In this document: in pieces, positions 46,601-57,000 of the stretch
Layout: the number at the start of each line of letters is the position of its first letter
Position numbering within the stretch: the stretch's first letter is position 1
Assembly: GCA_015231405.1 (NCBI GenBank)
Contig: JADGBR010000014.1
Location: 3,555 to 67,554 of the forward strand
Length of the DNA: 64,000 nucleotides
From: Candidatus Omnitrophota bacterium
Lineage (GTDB): Bacteria; Omnitrophota; Gorgyraeia; Tantalellales; Tantalellaceae
Reading direction: 5' to 3'
Program-made: the position numbers and the translations under genes
Notes under the pieces: model-generated
What the model was told of the DNA's origin: nothing
The model's database searches: none
What the model saw: only the letters and a program-made list of their open reading frames with translations

Positions 46601-49600
46601 TGCCCTCGTCCCAATTTATGAGCGACGACGTATAAAAGTTATCGCTGCCCTCTATGGACCCTTCTTCGCCGATATGCCCAAAAAGGGATCCTTCACCCTG
46701 TTCCGTATTGTATATGTACTCGCTGATATCCGATGCCGGGATGTCGGTATACTCCGCTTTCTCTCTTGCGTCCGTCATACCTGTCATTTTCCACATCTCG
46801 AGGCCCGGATATGCCTCTCCTTCGAGATAGCTTGAAAGAACGCCGGCCTTATGGTCCGGAGATATGTATATCGCGGATAAATATCCGTTAAGCCGGGTAC
46901 CTTTCCAGGATCCCACGGTCGTCCCGTAAAAAGCGCCGCCGTCAAGTGTGCTGTCATCGTCGGCTAAAACGTTATAGCTCGACACCGGCGTATGCCATAT
47001 GCTCTCTACAGGTTCTTCGTCGTTGAAGTAATACTCACCCATGGCCGTGATCTCAGTGCTGGCTGTCCAGGGAGAAAGTATTGTTCCAATAAGTCCCGAA
47101 TCCTCTCCTACCTGTTCCATATAACCATAATCGGAATTATAGCGGTATAGGCTGCTTATGTCTTGCCCTCTTCTCTCATTTGCTCCCCATGTTCCGCTTA
47201 GTTTAAGCTGATCCCCTACCCATACTCCGAGACCCACTCCCTGCCAAAGCCCGGTCGAGTCGAAAGCCTGGCCCCAGATATCACCCACCATATGCGACAA
47301 TCTCGTATAACCGAGGAAATAGCCGTCTAGAGTCGCGTTCAACGCTCCTTCCACATTAGTTCCGTCGATAGGAGCTATCCAGTATCCCCGGTCGCCTTGT
47401 AAACTTTCGTAGCTTGAATTACTGGTATATACTGTGATCGCGCCCTCGACCTCGATATTCTCCGCTATTACATCCGCAAGCGATCTGGATGTATCCCAAT
47501 TGCCGGACAAATAATTCCCGTTGCTATAATCATAACCGGAATATGTCCCATCGCCGTCATAACTCAGGTAATACTCACGATATCCAAGGTCACTATAGGT
47601 GTACACATACTGATACCCTGAGTTGTTATTCGAGTCGTAATTGTAGTTAAAACTACCTGAATTATAGCCTTCCGACGAGGCGAAATAACCGCTAGCCTCA
47701 AAATGTTCGTACGCGCTGGCTACGCCTATACTGTCGTATCCGCCCATAACGGCCGAGAAAGCGGTATCCCCGTTCGGATTTGAGAAGTTTCCCCATAAAG
47801 TCTGGCTGTATATGCCCCAATCCGCTGAAACCCCGGTTTTCGTATTGACAAGCGAAAATTCCTGAAAATTATCCTGGCCGGTAATGCATCCTCCGGTCTC
47901 GAAACCTCCGTCAAGATACCCGGCGTCATTGTTGCCATAGTGGTAAAGATTTTCCGGCGCCACGGTGTTCTCGGCGTCCATTACTTCAGGCGTCAAAGTT
48001 CCGTCAGCCTTCCACATGTTTATCTCATCGAGAACGGTACCCGACATATCGCCCTTTAAAATACCGGCTTTACCGGAAGGGTCGATATAGACAAGAAGCG
48101 TTTTCCCCTCCAAGGCCAGGCCGTCTACAAGTCCGGCCGACCATCCGTAGAAAGCTCCGCCGTCGGGAGTCGTGTTGTTACCCAGATTCGCGTTATAGCT
48201 CAGTATCGGTGAAAGGAAAATATACGGGTCCGTCGAGATCTTATTGTCGCCGGATAATTCCCCCATCGCCCGATAGGACTCTGTGGAATCCCAGGGAGAG
48301 ACCGCCGCGCCTATGATCCCGTATTCGTGCGTTACCCACCTGAGCTCTCCGTTGTCGTTATAGTAGACGCTGTCATTGTCAGAACCCCATCTCCCCGCGA
48401 AAGTCAGATCTTCACGGGCCTGCCATACCCCGGTGCCGACGCCCATCCAGCTCGACCCCTCGGTATCGTATATGCCGAACACGTCTCCGGACATCGTCCC
48501 GTGCCAGAGGTATGTCAGTATCTCTCCGTCAAGCTTGCCGGAATATTCGCCGTTAGCGTAGGAGCCGTTGTTTATATCGGCTATCCAGTAACCATAGTTC
48601 ATATCGCCTTCGCCGCGTTTACTTTCATCCGTCAGGACGGCGTTGTCCGCGTCAGGGGGCGTCGAGACTATCTCCTCAAGCGTTTTTGTCGTATCCCATG
48701 TCCCTACGAGCTCCCTTCCCGCGTTGTAATCATATCCCTCATAATGCCCGTCTTTGTAATAGGTGATGTAGTAACTCTCGCTATCGCCTCCGTCGTAGTA
48801 GTCCCCGTTATCCCTGTAATAATTCACGCTGGCAGAATGGTTGTCCGTGTAATAAGAGACCTGGTAATAACCGGTACTGTCGCCGTTCTCGTCACGATAT
48901 TCATAGCCCTTTTCTACGTACAGATACGGATCGATCGTCCCAAAAGGATCGGTCCCGCCCCCTATCACCGCCGAAAAACTTCCTTCGTTATCCGGGTTGT
49001 TATATGTCCCGGCCATCCTCTGGTAATATATACCCCAATCCTGCGATACCCCCGCATTGAAATTGACTATATTCATGGTCTCAAGATTCTCGTCCCCGGT
49101 AATACTGCCTGTCCCTTCGCCGAAACTTCCGGATATCGCCGCTCCTCCCTGCCCGGTTTGCGCGGAAAGATACAGGTCTTCCGGATCTACGCCCAGATCA
49201 CCGGAAGCAACCATCTGGGTGGGAGTTATTGTCCCTCCTGCCGTCGCGAAACCGGTTTCAGGATAAGTTTTACCGGAAAGGTGTCCTTTAAGATATCCAC
49301 CGTTACCGCTCGGGTCTATGTACAGCCCTATAAAATATCCTTCCAACGCGCCGGCTTCAGTACCAAGGATACGTCCTACATAAGCTCCACCGTCATAAGT
49401 GGTGTAGGTGTCATCATTATAATTATAGCTAAAAAGGTCCGATCCCCAGACATGCCCGTAGCTATTATCCCCGCACGAATATTCCATCAAGAGATACGCC
49501 ATCGCGCCGTCTCCCCACATAGACCCAGTCCCTCCCAAAAGACCGTTTAGATTCCCTGAATAGTCCCAGTTGACGTAACTGTTCTCATACTCGACGGAAT

Positions 49601-52247
49601 ATCCATATGGCGCAAAACCCTCGTACGGAGACTTAGATATTTCCTCCAGAGACATTTCGGTATCCCACGTTCCATACCTACTCCCATAGTAATACGAGTA
49701 CCCATCTGTAGAGGCGTTCCCATAGTAATTATCGTACTCGTAATGATACGGGTCCGAGCGATACCAGTATCTTTGCGCGTAGCTGTCATCTCCCCTATAC
49801 GAGTACTGGTAGTACTCGTAGCCGGAAATACCCCAGTACCTTCCATCTGTTTGGGTATAACCGCGTTGTATCGATCCTTCCAGCGGGCTCACGAATTTGA
49901 GCGCTTCCTCGCTCCATGTTCCGGCGCCGACGCCCTCGTAAGAGTAGTAGCCTTCTTCCTCCGAATACTTCCCGACTATGGTCCCCAAAGATCCGCCGAG
50001 ATTGAAATGATCGATATAGGTCGTCATAACATCCAGTTTAAGATAGCCCTCCAAATTGTCCTGGCCTTCAATGGTAGTGAGAGAATAAGTTTCATTTTCG
50101 GTGTTCACGTCGCCATCCCCGCCGTCGCTCACGAGCGCGCTCAATGTCTCCGTGCTGCCGCCATCGCCTCGCTGATCGCCGGAAAAGCCTACCCACTCAG
50201 TGGCGTTATCCAGGCGGTCATATTCCCCGCCGTAGATGCCTTCCCATATGCCCCAGCTCTCGCCGGTTATATTTGTCCCATTCTCGGTACCATCGAGCCA
50301 AAGCGCGGTGCCGTCGTCATTCGTATCGAACCCTAAAAAGGTATCAATGGTCGTTATGGGCTCGAGCGCAGCGTTAAGCCCGGCCGGAGTTATATCCGTG
50401 TAAACGGTAGGCACAAAGAACATATCCCCGATAGCCGAAAAGGTGCCAAGCTCATTATCCATAGTTCCCTCAAGATACCCTATCATAGTCCCGGCGACGC
50501 CCGACGGATCGATATATATAGCCGATATCATGTTCGCTATATTGCTTTCCCCGTGAGAAGCTCCCACCGCCCAGCCTTTGAAAGCGCCGGTATCGTCGCC
50601 CGTTCCTGATATATCGCCGAACATAAGGTCTCTCCCGTTCGGATTCGTGAAAGTCCCGTCGAAAGTGACGGGCGAATAAGTACCGCCTGTGCCTGTCGAC
50701 GCTGTTCCTTCCCAGGGCGCGACCGTCGCGGTAGTCTGCACCGCACCTTCGAACGCGCTCGCCTCGTCAACCCCAAAAGAGCCTCTGTAACCCATTTTCG
50801 CCTCGACCTCACCGGTCACCTGCACAACGGGAGCCTCCTCTTCCTCGACCGGAAGCTCCGGCGTAAAAGGTATGAATATGCCTATGTCGCCTACATTGTT
50901 CTCTCCTTCGCTCGCGTCATTCCCTCCGGTATCCGGAAGGCCCGCGGGATCGCCCTGGCCGCCGGTATTGTCAGCCGGTCCGGCCTCGCCGCCGGGGATA
51001 CCTTCTCCGTCCGGATCTCCTTCGGAATAACCGTATACACCGTCGCCCTCGTTGCCGAATTCGCTGCCGAGGCCGCTCCTATCTTCGTCCGTCGTAGGGT
51101 TCATCTCAAGTTTTCCGTCCAACCCCACGGTCGTCGTCAACCCCTGGTCGACCACCTTCTCGGTGCCGTCTATGAGATTTCTTACAAACCCGCTGCCGCC
51201 CTCGAAAAAAGACCTTGTCATGGTGGGCAGAACGTTCAGATACATTATTGTTCCCCTTATGCCGCATGCCGCGTGCGGTGTCTTTACCGTGAATACCGAA
51301 CCCTCGGGCTTATTCTGGAGTTTGGAGATGATACTGCCGTATTTCGCCTCGAACTCGTTCCTGTAGTTGCCCGAAAGAGGGTCTTTGGAAAGCGTGACGA
51401 TGATGATCTGCGTATCGGGCTTAAGCTCCATGGTAAGGCCGTTGTCGAAGCTGAGGAGTATGCTCCCGTTCTTTCCGGTCTCGATGGTGTCGCCGGGTTT
51501 CAGAGCTTCGTTGTTTTCCGGAGTATGCCATTTTTCGGAGCCGGCGGGTTTTACCCTGACGGCGCCGGCTATCCGGCTGACCATGGCTTTAGTAAAAAGG
51601 GAGTTCGCTTCGGTCACGTTATAAACGGCGCTTGTCACCTTCTGGAACTTATCGAATTCTTCCTGCTGATACGCCCTCGGGGTCGCCGGCGGGGCGTTAT
51701 ATGGCACCATCGTCGTCATTCCCTCTTCCACGTTTATCCGACTGGTCGGGAACTCGGGGTTCAGCATATGGAACGTTCCTTCCGACACCAGAACATTGGT
51801 CGCCGATTGCTGGAAGGATACGAAAATATCCGACCCTTTCACCGTTCCGGCGGCGTTCGGCGTAATAACGTCGAACGGGGCCGAATCCAATGTCTTGGAT
51901 ACCACGGCGCGCATATTACCTCTATCGAGGCCTATCGCGGACATAAGACGCTCGCCGTTGTCTTTAAGCCTGTAATCGTTCACCTTTATCTGCGAACTTT
52001 CACCGACATGTACGACGGAGTTATCGTTGAAGGTGACCACGGCTTTGGACGAGCTCTTCGTCCGGAGCGACTCGCCCACGGATACCGTCTCTCCTATGGC
52101 GGCCGGGAAATAATCTCCGTCCGTCAATTTTTTGTCTACTCGCCCTTCGATGTAAGTAACCTTACCCACAGTGTCCGCCAGTAATGCCGGCGGAAAAGCC
52201 AGCGTGAAAGACAGTATGACCGCCATAAAATTGAATATCTTCTTCAT
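43695..52247 (-). CDS. Giant (2850 aa) secreted protein with N-terminal tandem FecR-like domains, then about seven copies of an approximately 240-aa Gly/Tyr/Trp/Asp-rich repeat
   Basis: Signal peptide MKKIFNFMAVILSFTLAFPPALLA. FecR-like beta modules (VTFNDNSVVHVGESSQIKV...; second copy ILLSFDNGLTMELKPDTQIII). Repeats recurring as DPSGKAGILKGD...SADWGIYSQ...GNWDTS..LWQGVGLGVW...GLIG. GGAGG RBS before the ATG. Confidence 0.85.
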   Translation of the reverse strand: MKKIFNFMAVILSFTLAFPPALLADTVGKVTYIEGRVDKKLTDGDYFPAAIGETVSVGESLRTKSSSKAVVTFNDNSVVHVGESSQIKVNDYRLKDNGERLMSAIGLDRGNMRAVVSKTLDSAPFDVITPNAAGTVKGSDIFVSFQQSATNVLVSEGTFHMLNPEFPTSRINVEEGMTTMVPYNAPPATPRAYQQEEFDKFQKVTSAVYNVTEANSLFTKAMVSRIAGAVRVKPAGSEKWHTPENNEALKPGDTIETGKNGSILLSFDNGLTMELKPDTQIIIVTLSKDPLSGNYRNEFEAKYGSIISKLQNKPEGSVFTVKTPHAACGIRGTIMYLNVLPTMTRSFFEGGSGFVRNLIDGTEKVVDQGLTTTVGLDGKLEMNPTTDEDRSGLGSEFGNEGDGVYGYSEGDPDGEGIPGGEAGPADNTGGQGDPAGLPDTGGNDASEGENNVGDIGIFIPFTPELPVEEEEAPVVQVTGEVEAKMGYRGSFGVDEASAFEGAVQTTATVAPWEGTASTGTGGTYSPVTFDGTFTNPNGRDLMFGDISGTGDDTGAFKGWAVGASHGESNIANMISAIYIDPSGVAGTMIGYLEGTMDNELGTFSAIGDMFFVPTVYTDITPAGLNAALEPITTIDTFLGFDTNDDGTALWLDGTENGTNITGESWGIWEGIYGGEYDRLDNATEWVGFSGDQRGDGGSTETLSALVSDGGDGDVNTENETYSLTTIEGQDNLEGYLKLDVMTTYIDHFNLGGSLGTIVGKYSEEEGYYSYEGVGAGTWSEEALKFVSPLEGSIQRGYTQTDGRYWGISGYEYYQYSYRGDDSYAQRYWYRSDPYHYEYDNYYGNASTDGYSYYYGSRYGTWDTEMSLEEISKSPYEGFAPYGYSVEYENSYVNWDYSGNLNGLLGGTGSMWGDGAMAYLLMEYSCGDNSYGHVWGSDLFSYNYNDDTYTTYDGGAYVGRILGTEAGALEGYFIGLYIDPSGNGGYLKGHLSGKTYPETGFATAGGTITPTQMVASGDLGVDPEDLYLSAQTGQGGAAISGSFGEGTGSITGDENLETMNIVNFNAGVSQDWGIYYQRMAGTYNNPDNEGSFSAVIGGGTDPFGTIDPYLYVEKGYEYRDENGDSTGYYQVSYYTDNHSASVNYYRDNGDYYDGGDSESYYITYYKDGHYEGYDYNAGRELVGTWDTTKTLEEIVSTPPDADNAVLTDESKRGEGDMNYGYWIADINNGSYANGEYSGKLDGEILTYLWHGTMSGDVFGIYDTEGSSWMGVGTGVWQAREDLTFAGRWGSDNDSVYYNDNGELRWVTHEYGIIGAAVSPWDSTESYRAMGELSGDNKISTDPYIFLSPILSYNANLGNNTTPDGGAFYGWSAGLVDGLALEGKTLLVYIDPSGKAGILKGDMSGTVLDEINMWKADGTLTPEVMDAENTVAPENLYHYGNNDAGYLDGGFETGGCITGQDNFQEFSLVNTKTGVSADWGIYSQTLWGNFSNPNGDTAFSAVMGGYDSIGVASAYEHFEASGYFASSEGYNSGSFNYNYDSNNNSGYQYVYTYSDLGYREYYLSYDGDGTYSGYDYSNGNYLSGNWDTSRSLADVIAENIEVEGAITVYTSNSSYESLQGDRGYWIAPIDGTNVEGALNATLDGYFLGYTRLSHMVGDIWGQAFDSTGLWQGVGLGVWVGDQLKLSGTWGANERRGQDISSLYRYNSDYGYMEQVGEDSGLIGTILSPWTASTEITAMGEYYFNDEEPVESIWHTPVSSYNVLADDDSTLDGGAFYGTTVGSWKGTRLNGYLSAIYISPDHKAGVLSSYLEGEAYPGLEMWKMTGMTDAREKAEYTDIPASDISEYIYNTEQGEGSLFGHIGEEGSIEGSDNFYTSSLINWDEGKTYDWGIYDQKIWGYIYQQGENSGFSAVLGGNDPIGAYLTTTEHDGQYYYYDWNGGYYGYDGDYFYSYSLDNTQGYARYYRQNGSEYYQLSYKADGTWEKYFQNEEGSYETITGTWTPGVDSLEDILGTPPAPGTETAQSQWMGGNMGYDYSQDHGYWIMETEDGILSNGDLSFTAAGKFLTGTKMGDISGVGIGNCFNYEGSTVFQAGGAGSWEGERLWFSGVWGENECSIYSNDAGYYRWEGEDTGLIGGTSSPWNAPATIRAMGDFYVEGDENGAYLWHTPVESYNVVDDEYVTFDGGAFKGVSAGVLMDGKMTGGFLALYADPNGKIGYLRNYNGSLLSGSFLSDIAQMRANGGLLAGEYYTELGMWILEGTIAATVMEEDSGIDPADLSGMIQEENIDPMTFVGSFGSGNDSYIRANLSEGYSYSIDGRKWGAFEMKFGDSNYYENRPAGETTWQAVSGDAIDNYYQIRWLNGGWEYNGPEADNLIFGKLTGKGLSMTDLTTIEGDLFGENTSDPTVESGTFIASVLGVYEDEHLSFASSVETELSNEGYACGGIRGIFGGTESLWGGATTPALFIGEYELGEVDPNSIFVWGTGLTSENYDEESYTTYDGGAYYGLMGGYVMGGTAASLMRAFFVTPPDQGTGESKVGYIGGKFLGTTYQSIDMLELNGAVDIYREMPYAGSIMPEDLYDMVETDWIHGYGYNDNMAGEFTEGGPVLSLSGANWGIWGANIEGEYQGDLSAWKMPMTGEIGDYVTYLATLSGDSWAVKGHMDGKFTGLWVSPEGFGSIKGDAVLATKGEYIEAEDGAEISAQFGGAVAGEWVEAEELLDLANIVTEMQDIINNFNDVMIPITEAMQATSVYGQIQTATMDMNLYSFDATNIWAAIINGTYDQGVTDTSTWGAAFQSENYNVNLTGLQWADNQWSAGVTGQFQGNEIQGTAAGTYGEGQFQGAGAGTTVEQPV

Positions 52248-52265
52248 TATTCCTCCAGTAAAATT

Positions 52266-52302
52266 GTTAGAGATTGCTTCGCTTCGCTCGCAATGACGCG
52301 CT
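52266..52302. repeat. Intergenic copy (5' half) of the short repeat element, in the 5' leader of the 2850-aa gene
   Basis: agagattgcttcgcttcgctcgcaatgacgcg matches 31689..31727 (agagattgcttcgtcgcttcgctcctcgcaatgacgag). Confidence 0.6.
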
Positions 52303-52311
52303 CAGTTCAGA

Positions 52312-53838
52312 TCAATATTTAAACTGTACCCCGGCGCCTACTATGTGCCTCGAGTACTCGTAAACGCTCAGGTTCGATCTCTCGTTAATAAAGGTGTACC
52401 TTATCTGTAATTCGAAGTTTTCCAGGAGTTCGTACATCAGCATAGTCCCGGCGGTATAAGTCTGGTCAAACCGCTTTTTATCATAGATCGTATGCTTGTT
52501 CTCGTAATTCTGGAAATAGACGTCCCCGTTCAAGGTAAGCTTCAGCTTATCGCAGACAGGGTACAATATTATCGAGCCTATTTTATTACCTATATAATCC
52601 CAGTTCTCGCCTCTGGCGAAGTCATCGTCAAAAGTGTAGCGCAGGTTCAGGAATCCCTGATTTTCCTTGAAGAACCAGTACATGCCCCCCAGCGCCGTGA
52701 CCCTATTCGAGTCGCGGTTCTCCGCCTCTATCTGGACAGGCCTTAAATAATCGTTGTTGGCGTATATTACCCCGACCTGGGCCATCTTGGTCTTATCCAG
52801 CATTATGCTGTTAATATTCCCGGCGCTTATCGAGGACAGGTAATTCTTATCGTCGACTATAGTATGGCTATAATTCACCGGCACCGTTAGAAGCATCTTA
52901 TCGAGGGAAAGGCCTCCCTGCAGGGACACGTTGTTGCCGATGGTGTCGTATTTACCCAGGTCGTTCTGCTTGGATACCCTTATACCGTAGCCGGGCTTCA
53001 GACTAAGGTTCCCCTCCTCGTTCTTGAAAGTATAGTCTCCCTGGGCGTCGTAGACTTCTCTGGTATCCGATTCGTCCGTAACGCTTGTGATCGAGGTGGA
53101 ATCAGAAGGTTTTAGAAGGACATTCGAATCGTATTCGAAAGCGGTCCTAGCGGTGAAGTGAAAAGGCTGATCCTTAGTGACCTTCCGGTCCATCGCGTCG
53201 AGATATTTATCGGCGTATGTTCCGAGCTCGGAATTCGGGTCTAGCTCCATGACTTCCCTGAAAATATCCTTGGCTTCTTTAAAATCCTTGTTCTTCAGAT
53301 GGCATACCCCGATCTGGTATTTCGCGGACTGCTTGAGACGGTCGTCCAATTCAGCGGCTTCCTCGAACGCTTTTATGGCTTCGGCGTATTCTTCAGTCTT
53401 CTGTAGAGTGAGACCCTTCAGGAACTTCGCCTGCGCCGGCCTTATGCCTTCCTCTTCGGCTACGGCGATCCATTTTTTCGCGGCGTCATAGTCCTGTAAA
53501 CGGTAAAGCAGATCGACAAGCTCGATAAGCGCGCCTTTTATTTTCGGGGTAAGCTCGAGAGATCTCTCGAGGTATTTCCGCGCGTTCACGTAATCTTCCA
53601 TCCTTTTGTAGGTAAGACCCGTGTAGTAAGTTCCAAGCGACGAAGCCGGATCGTTCTTGATCACTTCGGTAAAAACCTTAAGCGCTTCTTCGTAGCTTTC
53701 CTGTCTGAAGTGGTATATACCTTTATTCAGCACCTCGTTCCCTGTCGTCTCGTCCGACTCCTCTGCCATTGCGCGCGAGATCGAAAACGACAAAAACAAC
53801 CCGCATAAAATAAAAGCCCCGAAAAATATTTTCCTCAT
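52312..53838 (-). CDS. Outer-membrane protein: N-terminal TPR repeats plus a C-terminal beta-barrel
   Basis: Signal peptide. About 220 aa of TPR helices (YYTGLTYKRMEDYVNARKYLERSLEL, AKFLKGLTLQKTEEYAEAIKAFEEAAEL). Then about 280 aa of alternating-polarity beta strands ending in an aromatic C-terminus (VGAGVQFKY). Confidence 0.7.
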   Translation of the reverse strand: MRKIFFGAFILCGLFLSFSISRAMAEESDETTGNEVLNKGIYHFRQESYEEALKVFTEVIKNDPASSLGTYYTGLTYKRMEDYVNARKYLERSLELTPKIKGALIELVDLLYRLQDYDAAKKWIAVAEEEGIRPAQAKFLKGLTLQKTEEYAEAIKAFEEAAELDDRLKQSAKYQIGVCHLKNKDFKEAKDIFREVMELDPNSELGTYADKYLDAMDRKVTKDQPFHFTARTAFEYDSNVLLKPSDSTSITSVTDESDTREVYDAQGDYTFKNEEGNLSLKPGYGIRVSKQNDLGKYDTIGNNVSLQGGLSLDKMLLTVPVNYSHTIVDDKNYLSSISAGNINSIMLDKTKMAQVGVIYANNDYLRPVQIEAENRDSNRVTALGGMYWFFKENQGFLNLRYTFDDDFARGENWDYIGNKIGSIILYPVCDKLKLTLNGDVYFQNYENKHTIYDKKRFDQTYTAGTMLMYELLENFELQIRYTFINERSNLSVYEYSRHIVGAGVQFKY

Positions 53839-54070
53839 TCATCGCTCCTTAATTATTGTGATTTTTGACAGGAGAAAAACAATTAAAGGATTTATAAATG
53901 TTTGTAATTTGTTCTTGTGTATGAAGCGCGGTATCTCTACCGCCGGAAGACACGAAGACAGAAAAACTGTTACAAAAGATTTTTCCCAACCCTTATTTCC
54001 TGTGATTATATCGGAAGGCTTTCTAAACTTTTACAATTTTACGACAAGTACGGCGTTTTGTCAAGCAGTT

Positions 54071-57000
54071 TTACGCGAAACTGAGAACTTTCAGCATCAT
54101 CTGGTTGAGCCTTACCCGCTCCCTATAATTGTGTATAACCGCTTTATCGAGAATGATCTGATACTTGCGGGGATCACTCCTAAGCTCTTCAACTGAGATC
54201 GGTATGTTCTCATCCTCGGCAGTAAGAAGTTCGTATAGTCCCCTGAGTGCTTTATCGTCATGGTTAAGATAAGCAATACCGGCAAACACCATTGCTCCGT
54301 ACTGCACCAAGTCTTCGTCCGAATATGCTTCGCTATCTTTTAGATCGGCGTAAATAACCCTGGCATTATGGTTTTCCAGTCGTTTTTTCATGAATTGACG
54401 GAGTTCATCGAACGGCATTATGTGGACCACGTTATCTTTTTCCGCGCTTTCCGCCGTAGTAGCGGCTTCCTGGGCCAATTTGGCAATATCATCCACTATC
54501 TCGACCGAATATCGTCCGCTCATTAAAAGCCCCGCGAATCTCGATAATAAAAGCCGCTGAGTGCTTCCACCGGCGTACCCTCCCCATATCTTTATCACCT
54601 TAAGCGGCTCGCCGTCTCCCGGGATTTTCATCCCCCGGGCGATCCTCGCCGTTTCATTCATTTTGAACGTCTCTCTTCCGGAGGCTAACCTGTCCTCATA
54701 CTGCTCATTTCCCTCGACAGCCTCAAGAACAGCATCATAGTGAAGAGGTTTCTCGATCATAGCCCGGATATTCTTAGACCTATCAGGATGGAACTCGATG
54801 CTCTGTAAAAGAGACACCCCAAGAGCGGACACGACCTCTTTAAGCCCTTCGATGCCGTCTTTCTCCATCTTCTTGATCTCTTCCTTAATGTAAAAGACCG
54901 CGTTAACGGCACGACCCGGAGAGAACATCATCCGGTAGGTCTGTGCTATTTCCCTGTCGGTAAACTTTTCCATTTCCAGGGGATTGACGATCATCGTCCC
55001 TTCCGTTAACATCTCCCCCAGGATCGCTTTTTTCAGGAAAATAATGGCTTTTCTGGTATCGTTTTTCACCAAATAATGCCTCGCCATGGCAACGTCTTTT
55101 ATGCCCTGAATATCAACTGAATTGATACCCCTGCCGCTCATCTTCTTCTTTTCAAGCGCGGAAGTCATGATCCCCGTGATATCGTCGAACTCTTTATCCG
55201 TCGCGGGATATCCCGGTGCCGGAAGCCCGGAACGTTCGGTTATCCATCTCGCCGACTCGTTTATCATTGTGCGCCTGGCGCTCGAATACTCCTCGAGAAT
55301 AATTTCTTCCATACTCCCGGTCAGGCTTAGCCTGCCTTGTTCCATTTTCGTTTTCTTTTCCTGAACGATATTCCCGGGATCGTCCCAGAGGATGTTATCG
55401 TCCGACAATGCGACCGCGGCGAATCCCGCCACCTCTTTTCGCATGTTATTGGTAATGGCTTTGAACACTATCCGCATTAACAAACGCCTCAGCTTTTCTT
55501 TAGACCCCATCTCACCGGCATCGGACGAAAAATGCAGGACCTCGCGCATCATCTTGAGATATTTTTCGGAATGGACTGTGGGGTCATCCGGCGAAAGGAA
55601 AGAGACCAGCTCGAAAAACACTTTAGGCGTCAGGCTCTCGCCCCACGCGACACCATCCGGGAACCTTAACGCGTACTGGGCTTCCGCGGAAAGCGCGTGC
55701 CAGCCGTTTTCCCTGATCTCCTTCAGCCTTTTCAGATCCGATATATACTCATCCTCGATAGCACGCCTCTGGGCATCCTTTTCGCCTGTCCTCGGCGAAC
55801 GCAAAGCCGCTTCCTTATCGGCTATTATGATCCGAACTTCGGGATTATACCGCGTAGCAAGGTCCATTATCTCTTTCGAGGCGTCCCGGTTTTTAAAGAT
55901 AACGTCGGTGACTATCGTGTCCGGCGGCACTGTTTTCCAGTACGCAATGGCTTCGGCTTCTGATCTTACGTAATAAACGTTATACGCGTCGCTGGTCCTC
56001 CGCCTCACATAAATGCCGAGATCTTTCGCGCCGCTCGCTTCCTCCCCTATGACATACACGCTTGGCAGTCCTTCTTTATGCCCCGAAAAATCGGCTTTGT
56101 ATTGTATTTCACCGATCGAGACAAAATGATCGATCTTCTGCCCAAGCCATTGGGCGAGACACGCGAATAAAAGAACGGGGCCCTCGTCCTTGGACTTTGG
56201 GATATTGATAAGACGGCCCTCCCCGCAAGCCGGCAAATTTTTCACCCTGACCGCGCCGGATGAAACAGGCTCCGTCTCGAGTTTTGTTACGACTCTAGTC
56301 TCTCCTGCCGCCGTATGGCCGAATTTCTCGGCAAGAAGTACCAGACTCATCGGATCAAGCCCGGAACATATCGCCTTTAAGGGGATGCGCTCGAACGCCT
56401 CGACCCCGGCCATATCCTCAAGATTCCCTTTCCCGGTAAGCGCGTCGCACAAAACGGCGTCGAACCTTTCCGCTGGGTCGTCCATACCTTTACTCATTAA
56501 AGTTAAACCTTCTTCGTAATCAGAGACCGCAGTTACAGCGATGTTCTGGAAATTTTTTTCTATCAGGCGTTTGACTAATTGCCGGTCGATCAATGAATCA
56601 TCCACAAGCAATACCCGCAGCCTGTCGGGCGCTTTCTCGTTAAAATATATCCCCGTATCCATCTTCTTCCCTTCTTTCTTCCCGTAATCCTCGATGAACC
56701 CGGTAACTCTCCTCAACTTTTTCATCCATTCAACCTCCCAGCTGGAAGGCAAGAGCGGAAAGCTCAGCACTGAACCAAGCTCTTTCAGCGTGTCTATTAC
56801 ATACTTCTCGTTCCTTTCGTCGTTCACCTCGGTCTCGGAAGACCCGGTCGGGTTAGCCTTATGGATCTCCGTTAAAGCTCTTTTCACGAGCACACGTACG
56901 TCCTCTTTTTCCTCCTTCGTCCTTTTCTCAGGATCGATATAGCTGTACAGGAACGGCATTTTCGCAAGGCCCATGATGCTGAACACTTGCTCGGCCACTT

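Noticed and set aside
48327-49550. 407-aa plus-strand ORF (and several other 100-300 aa plus-strand ORFs between 43.9 and 52.2 kb)
   Set aside because: Antisense shadow ORFs inside the 8.5-kb minus-strand repeat gene. Low-complexity Ile/Val/Arg-rich translations with no domain signature. The minus-strand frame is continuous and coherent.
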